Assembly (NCBI GenBank): GCA_034669905.1
Contig: JAXMOL010000002.1
Span: 32,001-96,000 of the forward strand
Source: Candidatus Hydrogenedentota bacterium
GTDB lineage: Bacteria > Hydrogenedentota > Hydrogenedentia > Hydrogenedentales > JAEUWI01
Reading direction: 5' to 3'
Length of the DNA stretch: 64,000 nt
Made by a program: the position numbers and the translations under genes. The notes under the pieces were generated by a model, which worked only from the letters and a program-made list of their open reading frames with translations, made no database searches and had not been told where the DNA came from. This document shows positions 21,126 through 31,333 of the stretch, piece after piece. Position 1 is the stretch's first letter. Each line of letters opens with the position of its first letter.

Positions 21126-21127
21126 AA

Positions 21128-22702
21128 TTAACTCCTCGAGCCGAAGAGCTGCAGATACGGTTTCGCCCGTGCCGAAATCATATCTAACCCCTTCTCGACT
21201 TCCCGTTTATCGTCTTCATTCATCACGCCATAACGCAACACCGCCAAATACACCAGCGCCCCAAGGCATCCAAAGGTGAACAAAAGAACCCATGAATCTG
21301 GCACGTGGACCAACTTTAGCATAAAGAGAAAAGCTGCCGTCACAAAACTTGGGAGCAGCCCGGGAATCAGTATGTGCCGCATGGCCTCTCGGGCGCTGAC
21401 CCCCGAACACTTGAGACCAAAGGGCCATAGCAGCAGAGGCGGCAGAAGCGTTTCCGTCAGAAAGCTCGCGAGTACAGCCCCGAAAGCGCCCAATTCAAGA
21501 TAGACTACGAACGCCACGGTACACACCAGGTTAAAACAATGCATGGCCATACCACGACAAGTCCACGCACCCAACTGAGCGCGCGCAGAAGCCAGTTGGG
21601 GGGCCAACACGTTGCCATAGGAAACAAAGAACGCGGCCAACGTCATAATCATGAGGGGGTATGCCCCCACGTACTTTTCGCCCACATAGAGCTGCATCAC
21701 CTGCTCACTGAACACCATTAATGGCACGCAGAAAAAGAGGATACCCCAGAGCCCATAGCGGCCCACTCGAATATAGGTATTGCGAATTCGCCTGTCGTCA
21801 CTATTCGCATGCATGCTGACCAGTACCGGATCGACTGCACCCCGCGCGGCCAGGGCCAGGGAGTTTAGTTGGCGGTAGGCCATGGTGCCCACGTGATAAG
21901 TTGTAACGTCCACCGGCGTCGCATACTTGTTGAGCAAGATGGGATCGAGGGCCATGCGAATGGTATTCGCAAGGGTACCCAGAAAACTCCACCCCCCAAA
22001 GGTCGTGAGTTCCCGGGAAATTGACCACTTGATATGCTTCATTCGAAAGCGAAGCACGGGCACATAGTGGCGAGAGATCACGGTTGTAATTACCAGGCTC
22101 AACATCTCCGCACTGACCGATGCGATAATAACCCAAAGCACCCGCGTGCTTATACCGAACAGCAACGAAAACAAGAGTGTCAGCCGAACGACCTCGATAC
22201 CAACCCCGATCAAGTTCGACAACACAAATTTTTGACGAATATAGAGGCCCACCCCGAACGGGGAGAGGGGCAGACGAACGGCGGTGGAGAATATCAACAG
22301 CGCCATCATCACCCGGGCATCCCAGACATACTCAGGTGTCACATTCAGGAAGACATCAATATTCCAGGCAAAATACCAACCACCCGCCAGCAGGAAGACG
22401 CTGGACACACACAATATGGGAAACATGGTGGATACAATTTGCGAGACGCGCTCGTCATCGTCTTTGGCATAGGCCTCGACAATGTAGCGCCCAATCCCCC
22501 CGGTAAGAATGGCCGTGAGAAGGGGGGCAAACATCATTACCGAATACAATACCGGCAACAGACTGTATTCTTCGGCAGGAATTCGCCTCAGCAAGTACTG
22601 CTGCAACCAGATCAGCACCGACATGCTGAGAAGACGTGTCGCGACTGAACTGATAGAATTAATCAGTACGAGACGTTTACTGATCTCGACCCGATCCTTC
22701 AC
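21128..22702 (-). CDS. Polysaccharide flippase (Wzx/MOP family)
   Basis: About 12-14 hydrophobic segments, a Wzx-like N-terminus, and location in the GT cluster. Start is GTG 22702 or 22714. Confidence 0.75.
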   Translation of the reverse strand: MKDRVEISKRLVLINSISSVATRLLSMSVLIWLQQYLLRRIPAEEYSLLPVLYSVMMFAPLLTAILTGGIGRYIVEAYAKDDDERVSQIVSTMFPILCVSSVFLLAGGWYFAWNIDVFLNVTPEYVWDARVMMALLIFSTAVRLPLSPFGVGLYIRQKFVLSNLIGVGIEVVRLTLLFSLLFGISTRVLWVIIASVSAEMLSLVITTVISRHYVPVLRFRMKHIKWSISRELTTFGGWSFLGTLANTIRMALDPILLNKYATPVDVTTYHVGTMAYRQLNSLALAARGAVDPVLVSMHANSDDRRIRNTYIRVGRYGLWGILFFCVPLMVFSEQVMQLYVGEKYVGAYPLMIMTLAAFFVSYGNVLAPQLASARAQLGAWTCRGMAMHCFNLVCTVAFVVYLELGAFGAVLASFLTETLLPPLLLWPFGLKCSGVSAREAMRHILIPGLLPSFVTAAFLFMLKLVHVPDSWVLLFTFGCLGALVYLAVLRYGVMNEDDKREVEKGLDMISARAKPYLQLFGSRS

Positions 22703-22895
22703 AGGGCACCACACTTTCTGTCATAGGAAGTTTGCATTCAGTAGCATCCATAGCATGTTGTGCTGCGCAATAGTCTACCCGCGCAGGGCATCCACCGGGA
22801 GAGACAATGCCTGTGTGTAAATCTTGTAAACGTACGTACAGGAGATAGGTCAGCCATCCCGTTACAATCAATGAATCTGAAGAGCAGAGGTTTTC

Positions 22896-24278
22896 TCATC
22901 GTTGGGCTTGCGGGCGATAATGGTAAAGGGTCGCGCCCACCGCCATGATAATATGCCCCAAGAAGAACATGGGCGTCTGGCGGAATTCCCATTCGGTAAA
23001 ACTCTGCATCAAGACACCACCCAGGCTCAGAAAGACACCGAGCCGAAGCAGCTTGAGCAAGTCATCGCTTCGTTGAAAAATTGCGGATCCCCCGATCCAC
23101 ATGGATTGTATCAAAAACAGGCTCAGCAGCAAGAAGCCCGGAAAGCCGAGCTCTGTCACCGTTAACAGAAAAAAGTTGTGGGCCGGTGCGACCTGCCACC
23201 CGCCGGAAGGCGCCGAATAGAGGCTGGAATAGGGCTCCATATTAAAGCCCGCCTGGCGGCCGTAGGTCTTGGAAATGGCCCAGCTCCAGTTATTGAGGCC
23301 CACCCCGGTGAAGGGTTTATCCGCGATGGCAGGTGAGGCCTGACGGAAATAGGTCCCCCGATCACCCTCTTCGGACATGTACTCTGCCCCCAAATCAAAT
23401 CCCCCCAGCCGACTCATGATGGAATCCCAGGACTTCACCACCATCAGCGACACAAGGAGCACCCCCAGACTGGCGAGGGCCACGTTGCGGGTGGAGATCT
23501 TGAATCCGGTGCCCAGGCCAAAGGCTGCGCCGGATAAGAGCACCATGGCGGCGAAGCCGGTCCGACTGATGGTCAGCAAGACACACCCGGCCGCGGCGAC
23601 AAAGGCCAATACACAGGCGATACGTAACTTCTGGGAAATATCTTTGGCGAAAAAACTGGTGATGAATATGGGTAGACACTGGAGGGCGTACATGGACAGG
23701 GAGTTGGGGTGGCCCAGGGTCCCCCGGATTCGGTGAATATGGTGCAAATAGCGATCCCGTAGACAAATCAGGGCTTCATAGAAGATGGTCCCCACGAGGG
23801 CCCAGACGAAGAGATTGACCTCTCGCGGGCTCCGCACGTAAGCGCACACGGCCACGAACAACAACATGGCCCGCATGAGTTTGGTCACCTCGAAGACGCC
23901 GAAGATCTTGGGGTCACTGAAGAGGGCGACGTTGAGGAGGCACCACACGAAGTAGGCAACGAGGAGGCCCATGGAGGGGGGCCAGAACATTTTCTTCCCC
24001 TCGCGTTGGCGCACCACGAGGCTGCTGATGAAAAGGATGATAGCCAGCAGGTCGAGGTAGGAGATCTCAATGCCCCGGGTGGAGCCCCGATACCACTCGC
24101 GGCTGAGGAAGTTGATGTCGGTGGGAAAGCCGAAGAGCCCGCTGGGCATGCAGGTGCCGAAGACCAGGAAGACAAAGACAAAATCGAGGACCTTGCGGGA
24201 TTGGGTGGCGAAAATGATCCCAGCGGGGACACACACGGCACTGCCCGCAAAGAAGATGATGTGCTTGGCTTCGATCAC
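22896..24278 (-). CDS. O-antigen ligase / Wzy_C family membrane protein
   Basis: RIRGTLGHPN, TISRTG, PFTGVGLNN and AHNFFLLTVTELG motifs. GTG start overlaps the upstream stop. Confidence 0.85.
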   Translation of the reverse strand: MIEAKHIIFFAGSAVCVPAGIIFATQSRKVLDFVFVFLVFGTCMPSGLFGFPTDINFLSREWYRGSTRGIEISYLDLLAIILFISSLVVRQREGKKMFWPPSMGLLVAYFVWCLLNVALFSDPKIFGVFEVTKLMRAMLLFVAVCAYVRSPREVNLFVWALVGTIFYEALICLRDRYLHHIHRIRGTLGHPNSLSMYALQCLPIFITSFFAKDISQKLRIACVLAFVAAAGCVLLTISRTGFAAMVLLSGAAFGLGTGFKISTRNVALASLGVLLVSLMVVKSWDSIMSRLGGFDLGAEYMSEEGDRGTYFRQASPAIADKPFTGVGLNNWSWAISKTYGRQAGFNMEPYSSLYSAPSGGWQVAPAHNFFLLTVTELGFPGFLLLSLFLIQSMWIGGSAIFQRSDDLLKLLRLGVFLSLGGVLMQSFTEWEFRQTPMFFLGHIIMAVGATLYHYRPQAQR

Positions 24279-25468
24279 CGGGCAGACTCCTCTTCCAGGC
24301 GTTCGCCGTCGATGGAGTCTTTCATGAGATTGTAGAGGTCTTCGAGGCGGTGAGGCTTCTTTTCCAGGGCCACGTTGGTCATGAAGGAAGCGGCCGAATC
24401 CTTGTCTTCGGGGGCGAAACCATGCATCCCCGCGAGGGGCTTGACACCCATGTGGCTGGGGCAAATCAGCACGCCGGGCTTCATCAGGAAAAAGAGCTCG
24501 CCATAGGTGTTCCCCGGAAAGTCACAGCCATAGGCCGCCAGCTCGTCGTCGCTCATGATGTGGCCAAGGGGCTCGTCCTGCAGGGCCGCTTCGATTTGTT
24601 CACGGGCGCCGGGCTTGAGGAACCAGAAGCGCGCCATGGTGGAGTCGTAGGCCACGGCGTAGTCTTCGCCAAAGCGCAGGCCCAGGGCTTCGATTCGGCC
24701 TTTCACGTCGCACACCTCCGTGATATCGGTCATGCCGTGGTCCGAAAAGAGAAAGAGGTTGACCTCGTCGTAGTTGGCCTGGGCCGCCTCATAGACCCGA
24801 CGGATCTCCGCGTCGTACCAGGCGATGTGCTCGCTGACCTGCGTGCCGTTGGTGCCATATTGGTGGAGCAGGGCATCGAGGCGCCCGAAGAACAAATAGC
24901 CGAAACCGATTTGCCCCGCCGTCACGGCGTCCACCATTTCCTCCACGCACTCGGGCTCGACGTAACTTTCGGAGCGACAGTAAGGAATCTGTCGTTCGCG
25001 CAGGTAATCAAAAATCGTGGTTTGCCCGCCGTTGATGCCACCGGCTTCAAAGATGTTTTTCTGTTCGGTGTAATTGAAGAGGTGGAGGGTCTTGAAGGGC
25101 ATATTGTAGAGCTGGAAGTAGCCCGTGAAACCGTGGACCTTTTTCATGATCTGGCTGAACTTCGCCCGCACCCGACCGCGCTCCATGAGGAAGCGGGGCA
25201 GCAGGCCAAAAAACTTGTAGAACTTGAAGGGCGACTTCTTCGGATCATAGGCAAAGAAGGCGAAGTGCCCATGCTCGCGGGGCATTTTCCCCGTGATAAT
25301 CGTGGGGTCGCAGGTGGAGCTGTAGCCGAAGATGGTCTCCAGCCGTTGCTTGTCCACGAGGATATCGTCGAGGAAGGAATGGCGCTGCAAGATCTCCCAC
25401 CCCAAGGCATCAATGAAGACACAGAGGGTCAGGCGTTTGCGGGCGTTGTTCTCGGATTCCTGGCTCAT
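24275..25468 (-). CDS. Alkaline phosphatase superfamily protein (nucleotide pyrophosphatase/phosphodiesterase-like)
   Basis: Metal-ligand motifs FIDALG, YSST, LDALLH, SDHG and GMHG. Confidence 0.82.
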   Translation of the reverse strand: MSQESENNARKRLTLCVFIDALGWEILQRHSFLDDILVDKQRLETIFGYSSTCDPTIITGKMPREHGHFAFFAYDPKKSPFKFYKFFGLLPRFLMERGRVRAKFSQIMKKVHGFTGYFQLYNMPFKTLHLFNYTEQKNIFEAGGINGGQTTIFDYLRERQIPYCRSESYVEPECVEEMVDAVTAGQIGFGYLFFGRLDALLHQYGTNGTQVSEHIAWYDAEIRRVYEAAQANYDEVNLFLFSDHGMTDITEVCDVKGRIEALGLRFGEDYAVAYDSTMARFWFLKPGAREQIEAALQDEPLGHIMSDDELAAYGCDFPGNTYGELFFLMKPGVLICPSHMGVKPLAGMHGFAPEDKDSAASFMTNVALEKKPHRLEDLYNLMKDSIDGERLEEESAR

Positions 25469-26640
25469 GCGTCGCCCTTGAGATGGGTTTCCACCTTGTC
25501 CAGGTAGTCTTCAAAAGAAAAACGTTCCGTCACGCGGTCCACGCCGTTCTGTCCCATCTGCTGGGCCAGGGCCGTGTCGGTCAGCAGCTTTTCGATGGCC
25601 GCTGCGTAGGCCTTTACGTCTTGCTCAGGCACGATAAAGCCGGTGTGCTCATGGTCGCACCAGTTGGAGTTTCCGCCCACGTCAAAGGCCACCACGGGCC
25701 GTGCGTGGCGCATGGATTCCTGCCCCACGAGGGTGAAGGGCTCGGGCCAGCACGAGGGAATGGCCATCACCTTGGATTTGCGGTAATAGTTGGGCACGTC
25801 TTCGTGATCCACCCACCCCACAAAGGTCACCTTGTCGTCGAGACCCAGCTCGGTGCTGAGGGCACGGAGCTTGGCTTCGTATTTACCCGTGCCGACGATA
25901 TCGAGGTGGAAGGGGCACTTCACCAGATGGAGCGCGCGCAACAGGAAATCGACGCCCTTCCCGCGAATCAAGGAGCCGATGTAGACCACGTTGTTTTCTT
26001 CGGGCACCGGCGTGGGGTCGGGATCGCCCAGCTCGAGAATGGGATTGCAGATGTGGACCCGCTCGGGGGGGAAACCGTTGATAACCAGCTGCTCGTGGAC
26101 GTAGGTACTCACCACGAGTGTCGCGTCAAAATGATGGTTGCGCCGCATTTCCTTAATCTTGTTGGGAATGCTGGCCAGCTTGACCGGCAGGGGACCCTCG
26201 GGGTTGCGCTCGAGGAAGGCGCCATCGAGGTAGCAGCGCCACCCGGCCGCCACGTGGCAGGTCATGCGGTTGTGGGTGAAGTAGCCCGTGCCCTTGGGAC
26301 ACCAGAGGTCATGATCGTGGACCATGCGAACCTTGCGCACATCGGGGTTGTGTTCCAGCCCCGGCGGCAGGTTGGTCACCTTGTGAAAAAACACCACGTC
26401 GGGCTTTACGGCCTCCAGGATGGCATCGAAAGCCTGTCCCTCGGTGCCTTCGGCGCAAAACTCGCTGCAGCGATAGGTCTCGATGAAAGGCGCCCCGAAT
26501 TCTTCGGGATCCCTTCCGTCCACCCCATAGGCAAAGTAGCACTCGTGACCACGGCGGGTAAGACCCCGCGTGTAGTTCAGAATGACCTGCTCGACACCGC
26601 CGTAATAGCCGCGAAGGTTATTGGCAAACAGAATTTTCAT
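25465..26640 (-). CDS. Glycosyltransferase family 4
   Basis: GGVEQ, GSLIRGKG and PSCWPEPFTLVGQESM motifs. Start at MKILFANN. Confidence 0.9.
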   Translation of the reverse strand: MKILFANNLRGYYGGVEQVILNYTRGLTRRGHECYFAYGVDGRDPEEFGAPFIETYRCSEFCAEGTEGQAFDAILEAVKPDVVFFHKVTNLPPGLEHNPDVRKVRMVHDHDLWCPKGTGYFTHNRMTCHVAAGWRCYLDGAFLERNPEGPLPVKLASIPNKIKEMRRNHHFDATLVVSTYVHEQLVINGFPPERVHICNPILELGDPDPTPVPEENNVVYIGSLIRGKGVDFLLRALHLVKCPFHLDIVGTGKYEAKLRALSTELGLDDKVTFVGWVDHEDVPNYYRKSKVMAIPSCWPEPFTLVGQESMRHARPVVAFDVGGNSNWCDHEHTGFIVPEQDVKAYAAAIEKLLTDTALAQQMGQNGVDRVTERFSFEDYLDKVETHLKGDA

Positions 26641-27862
26641 GCAGCACCTCGTCGTAAATCCCAATCAGTTTACCGGTAATCGCGTCCCAGTCGTATTCTT
26701 TCCGGGCCTTCGTCTGACCCGCTGTCGCCAGCCCCTTCGCACGCGCCCCGTCTTCGGTCAGCGCCTGAAAGGCGTCAATCAGCGACTTGTCCTCTTCCGG
26801 ATCAAAAAGCAGGCCATCTACCCCGTCTTCCACGAAGTGGGGAATGCCACCGACCCGACTGGCCAGCACGGGCAACCCGGCAGACCAGGCTTCCAGAATG
26901 ACAATGCCAAAGGGCTCGTGGATGGAGGGCAGCAGAAACACGTCGGCCGCGTGGTAGGCATCCACCAACTCAGTGCTGTCCGAGGGGATACCCGGAATGA
27001 TGGTAACATGTTCAGCCATTCCGTGGGCGGCGACCTGGGCCACCAGCTTATCATGATAGGCTGGATTGGTCACGTTACCCACCAGCAACAAGTGGACCTT
27101 CTCATCCACCCCGCGCAATTGGGGCAACAGGCGTGCCGGCAGCAACTGGTTCTTCTGGGCATCAATACGCGCCACCGTCAGCAGCACCTTCGCATCTTGC
27201 GGGATACCGTGCTTCGCCCGAAAGGCGGGCCCGTCGCCCGTGGCAAAACGCTTCGTGTCCGCCCCATTGGGCAAATAAAGGACGCGGGTGTCGGGTAATT
27301 TCTTTTGGGTCAGCACGCTTTCCGGGTAGCCTACACAGAGAATCGCGCTGGCATCGCTCATGACCTGCCGCGCACCAATCCACCAGCCGAGGGCCTTGCC
27401 CCATTCGAGACTCCCTTTGGCCGGGGCCGTCCAGGATTCCGCTTCATGGGTGGGCACATCAAAGACGCCGCCATGGAGGGACATGACATAGGGGATGCCC
27501 CGCTTGCGGGCGACGTAGCGGCCGATTCCTCCAATGCGGTTGCCCACATGGAGGTGAATCAAATCCAGGTCGGGCACCTGCTTCAGGGCCCGCATGAGGT
27601 GAAAGGAAAAGGGACTTCCGCCCTTCTTGTCGAGCACCCGCTTCGCCTCTTCTTTCAACCCGATATAGGGATAGAAATAGGGGGAGCGGCGCACCTGCAG
27701 ACCGTCCATCACTTCCCGGTCTTTGTCGGCCGTGGCAAGGGTGCAGAGCACTTCGGTTTCGTGGCCCAGGGCCATCATCCGTTTGCTCGTCTCAAAGATG
27801 ACGGTCTCGGTACCGCCCCAGTCTTCGCGGACGAAGCGTCGGGCGAGTTGTACGGTTCGCAT
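26618..27862 (-). CDS. Glycosyltransferase family 4
   Basis: WGGTET, ARIDAQKNQ and PSIHEPFGIVILEAW motifs. Confidence 0.92.
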   Translation of the reverse strand: MRTVQLARRFVREDWGGTETVIFETSKRMMALGHETEVLCTLATADKDREVMDGLQVRRSPYFYPYIGLKEEAKRVLDKKGGSPFSFHLMRALKQVPDLDLIHLHVGNRIGGIGRYVARKRGIPYVMSLHGGVFDVPTHEAESWTAPAKGSLEWGKALGWWIGARQVMSDASAILCVGYPESVLTQKKLPDTRVLYLPNGADTKRFATGDGPAFRAKHGIPQDAKVLLTVARIDAQKNQLLPARLLPQLRGVDEKVHLLLVGNVTNPAYHDKLVAQVAAHGMAEHVTIIPGIPSDSTELVDAYHAADVFLLPSIHEPFGIVILEAWSAGLPVLASRVGGIPHFVEDGVDGLLFDPEEDKSLIDAFQALTEDGARAKGLATAGQTKARKEYDWDAITGKLIGIYDEVLHENSVCQ

Positions 27863-27865
27863 GGG

Positions 27866-28795
27866 CTACCTCCGGAAAAACTCTTGTGGAAAACCTTGCT
27901 TCAAGAAACCCGCGCGCTGGCCCTGGTATTGGGCCCAATGAAAGGTCGCGCGGTAGGCGATATTGTAGGGAATGGTCAAGGGGCGCCCCTTCTTAAGGGC
28001 GTAAAGGCCATCACGCACCAGGTGCTTCAGGCATTGCAGGCTCTGGCGAAACAAGGCGGGCGGCTCTTCCAGCATCTGGTAATACACGATACCGTGGCCA
28101 CGCTCCCGCTTGTAGAGCGTCTCCAGCGTGTAGTTGTGGGAATGCTCCACGACAGAGTCGGACGCAAAGTCAAAGCGCACCGCCTGCTTGCGGCAGCGCA
28201 CGGCCCACACAAAATCTTCGCCCCAACCTTCCTCGGGAAACGGCTCTGCCTCCCAGATGGAACGCTTGAAGGCGCACGAGGCGGCGGAGAAAAAGGTATG
28301 CCGGCCCTTGGCCATCTGCTTGACGCTGTAGGCCCGCTCCAAATCGTAGGCCACCACCAGGTGGGCGTCGGGCCGGGCCACCTGACGACTGGATACAGCG
28401 TCGGCCTCATCGTCCAACACAGGCCGCACCAGCTGCTCCAGCCAATCGTCGGTCGTGGGGATACAGTCGGCGTTCAAGAGCACGATAATCGGCTCGCTGA
28501 CCCGACGAATCATATCGTTTAATACGCGCCCGGGGATATAGTCGCCCGGTGCGATCTGAATGATGTTTTCGGGCACCGGATTGTGGGCCTGAATCGCTTC
28601 GAGGGTACCGTCGGTCGATCCGGAGTCCACGTTGTAGAGGGTGAAATCCTGAAAGGTCTGGCCGGGCAGGCGCGAGAGCGTCTCGGCCGCATAGGGCTGC
28701 TCATCTTTCGAGCGCATGATGATCGCCACGGTGCGCTGGGCGCTACCGTCCGGCAGTGTATGTGGTGTTTCCGTTTCACTCACGGGTGGACACAT
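27866..28795 (-). CDS. Glycosyltransferase family 2 (rhamnosyltransferase-like)
   Basis: VDSGSTDGT, LLNADC, GEDFVWA and VEHSH motifs. Start uncertain. Confidence 0.85.
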   Translation of the reverse strand: MCPPVSETETPHTLPDGSAQRTVAIIMRSKDEQPYAAETLSRLPGQTFQDFTLYNVDSGSTDGTLEAIQAHNPVPENIIQIAPGDYIPGRVLNDMIRRVSEPIIVLLNADCIPTTDDWLEQLVRPVLDDEADAVSSRQVARPDAHLVVAYDLERAYSVKQMAKGRHTFFSAASCAFKRSIWEAEPFPEEGWGEDFVWAVRCRKQAVRFDFASDSVVEHSHNYTLETLYKRERGHGIVYYQMLEEPPALFRQSLQCLKHLVRDGLYALKKGRPLTIPYNIAYRATFHWAQYQGQRAGFLKQGFPQEFFRR

Positions 28796-28813
28796 TCCTC
28801 ATCGCGATTGCGC

Positions 28814-29902
28814 TCAACCATAACATTCCCAGAATTTCAGTACCATCGCCACGTCTTGCGGGTCCGACTTTCCTTCAAACAACAAACCGGGCAAGCGCGA
28901 AAGCACCCGGTCACGGGGATGTAACGCCAGATCGCCCAGCGACGGGCGAAAAGCCGATGCCCACCGCAAATTGCGCAGGGTGTTCTTAAGCCGGTCCTGG
29001 CCACTCAGTTCGGGCAAACGACAGGCCCGTGCCTGGTACTCCGCCCAGGTGAGCTCGGGGCGCTTAAGGCGCTTCCGCTCGAACCATAAAAACACTTCAC
29101 CAAAGAGGGCGACCACGTCACGATGCCACTGGACCAGTGCCTCACCGGTCGCCTGGTCGTGGGTGGGTCGAAACTTGAAGGCCATGGCGGCCTCATAGCC
29201 CGCGCGCAATGCATCGGCCTGCGGAACGCCCTCCAGTGTGTGGGCGTCGAAACGACGTTTCCGTTCCACGTAGCTGGGGCTGTAATTCTCGTCCACAAAC
29301 AACACGGCATCCCCAGCGGCCAGGAGCGCCTTAAAGATATTACGCACCACAAACTCATGATCTTCACCGGTTACATCCGGGTTTTCTTTCAAGAGCCGGT
29401 CGGCCATCAGGAGACCCGCGCCCCGATTCATAAAGAGACGGGCAGCCTCTTCCAAGGGTGGGCGGGAGACGTCGTAGTCGGGCAAGCCTTGCAGAATATC
29501 TTCATCACCGATGAGCACATGATGTCCGGCCTTGAGCTCCATAAACATGAGCTCGTAGGGCTGCCTGGGCAACTCCGACTCGGGCATGGGCGGACCAAAG
29601 TCCACGTGGATACCGCAGGACGGCTCAAAACGGGCTTTGACCTGGTTCAGCCGGGCGGACAAGGCCTTTCGACGGTTGCGAGACGCATACGGCACGACCA
29701 CGAAGAAGTCGTAGTCGTTGTAGACGCGTTCGATACCATCGACCACATAAACTCCCCCTTCACCACGGCCATAACCGCCGCCGAGGATGAGTCCACTCAG
29801 GTCTCCCTCGGCGACCACTTCCTCCACCCCAGCGCGAATTTGCGCCATGTCCTGGGTGATTCGGTCTTCGAGGGCTTCCGATCCGTCTACCGTAAAACGC
29901 AT
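28814..29902 (-). CDS. Pol-beta-superfamily nucleotidyltransferase-like protein
   Basis: LILGGGYGRGEG...YNDYDFFVV fits the hG[GS]x9-13DhD pattern with a longer spacer; a third acidic residue lies in HVDFG; helical C-terminus. Confidence 0.6.
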   Translation of the reverse strand: MRFTVDGSEALEDRITQDMAQIRAGVEEVVAEGDLSGLILGGGYGRGEGGVYVVDGIERVYNDYDFFVVVPYASRNRRKALSARLNQVKARFEPSCGIHVDFGPPMPESELPRQPYELMFMELKAGHHVLIGDEDILQGLPDYDVSRPPLEEAARLFMNRGAGLLMADRLLKENPDVTGEDHEFVVRNIFKALLAAGDAVLFVDENYSPSYVERKRRFDAHTLEGVPQADALRAGYEAAMAFKFRPTHDQATGEALVQWHRDVVALFGEVFLWFERKRLKRPELTWAEYQARACRLPELSGQDRLKNTLRNLRWASAFRPSLGDLALHPRDRVLSRLPGLLFEGKSDPQDVAMVLKFWECYG

Positions 29903-30135
29903 TGATACTCCGTGTTCCATGAGTTGCTACGGGATGCACCCCTTGCAGTACGCACAAGCGGTTCATCTCCCCAACTCCTGTAGACGAACGTAACACCCCG
30001 TTGTTGCGTCGACCACGCGATAGGAAGAGTGTACCATATAGGCGGGTTGGTCGCAATTTCACCGCACCATTCCACTGTATTTAGTGGGTACGCCCCATCG
30101 AATACCACCACCGCTCGCAGGAGAAGCCCGAAGCC

Positions 30136-31293
30136 CTATCCCGTGCGCTTAAGCAGACATACGGTCTCAACGTGGGCGGTGTTGGGAAAGAGGTCCAGGG
30201 TATTCATCTGCACGACGCGCCATCCGCCCGCATAAAGGCCCTTCAGATCCCGGGCGAGGGTCGCTGGATCACAGGAAACATAGACCAGCGAACGGGCATG
30301 GCACTGGGCCAGGGCCGGAACGAGCACCTTGGCACCCGCACGGGGCGGATCGAGCAAGATCGCATCCCACTGATCTTCCTTGATGCGCTTGATCATGGTG
30401 CTTTCCTGCCCGGCGTAATAGGTGCCCCCTCCCACGCGATCGGCCGCCTTCACCGCCAGCTTGTTGTGGTCTATACCGATGACCTCGGTCCGCTCGGGAA
30501 GGCCCAGGGTCAGGTTGCCATTGCCGCAATAAAGATCAAGTACCGACGTCGGCTTACCCAGATATTGATGCACCGTCTCCACCAACAGGCGATTCAACAG
30601 GAGGCTGGATTGGGAAAAGGTCCCGTTTACAATGGGAATACCGTCGAAGAAAAAGCGTGACGGATGGCCTTCGTCTTTGGAAGAGCCCGCCAACGGAAAA
30701 CGGTCTTTCAGCCGACGGCTTTGGAATCCGGTCCATACAAGGACTTCGTCGCCCTCGGGATTAACCGTGACCGTCACCGACCCCTTCAATTCCAGTTCAC
30801 GCAATTTTGTCAGGGCTTCGTTCATCTTGGGGTGGCACAGGGGACACCGCGTCGTGTCGACAATGTCATGGCTACCCAGGGCATAAAAGCCAAAGCGCTT
30901 GCCATCGCCGTGAAATTCGGCACGGGTCCGGTAGCCGGTCCGCAACGCCGGGTCCTCCCGCCAACCGATTTCGAGGGCATCGATGCCGGCGATATGGCCG
31001 AGGCACCCGCGCACAATCTGACGCTTCCACTGGGCCTGGGCCGGATATTTAAAGTGGAGCCACGTGCTCACACCACTGCGCGTCCAACCGGGATAGTCGG
31101 GCTCAACCCGGTCGGGCGACGGCTCAATGACTTCCACCAGTTCGCCCCACAGGACTTTCTTGGTGGACTTGGTGATGTTAATAGCGAGGCGGTCGCCCGG
31201 TATGCCGTAGGGCACGAAACAGACCTGGCCATCGATACGGCCAATGCCTGCGCCGCCATGGCCGACGGCGGTAATTTCTATAGTTTGGGTCAC
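30136..31293 (-). CDS. TRAM-domain RNA (uracil-5)-methyltransferase, RlmD/TrmA family
   Basis: N-terminal TRAM-like region; FSQ, LDLYCGNG, LDPPRAG, YVSCDPATLARD and DLFPNTAHVE motifs. Confidence 0.9.
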   Translation of the reverse strand: MTQTIEITAVGHGGAGIGRIDGQVCFVPYGIPGDRLAINITKSTKKVLWGELVEVIEPSPDRVEPDYPGWTRSGVSTWLHFKYPAQAQWKRQIVRGCLGHIAGIDALEIGWREDPALRTGYRTRAEFHGDGKRFGFYALGSHDIVDTTRCPLCHPKMNEALTKLRELELKGSVTVTVNPEGDEVLVWTGFQSRRLKDRFPLAGSSKDEGHPSRFFFDGIPIVNGTFSQSSLLLNRLLVETVHQYLGKPTSVLDLYCGNGNLTLGLPERTEVIGIDHNKLAVKAADRVGGGTYYAGQESTMIKRIKEDQWDAILLDPPRAGAKVLVPALAQCHARSLVYVSCDPATLARDLKGLYAGGWRVVQMNTLDLFPNTAHVETVCLLKRTG

Positions 31294-31333
31294 GTGGTGT
31301 ACTTTCGTTGAAGTTGGGGTATTCCGTCTATCG

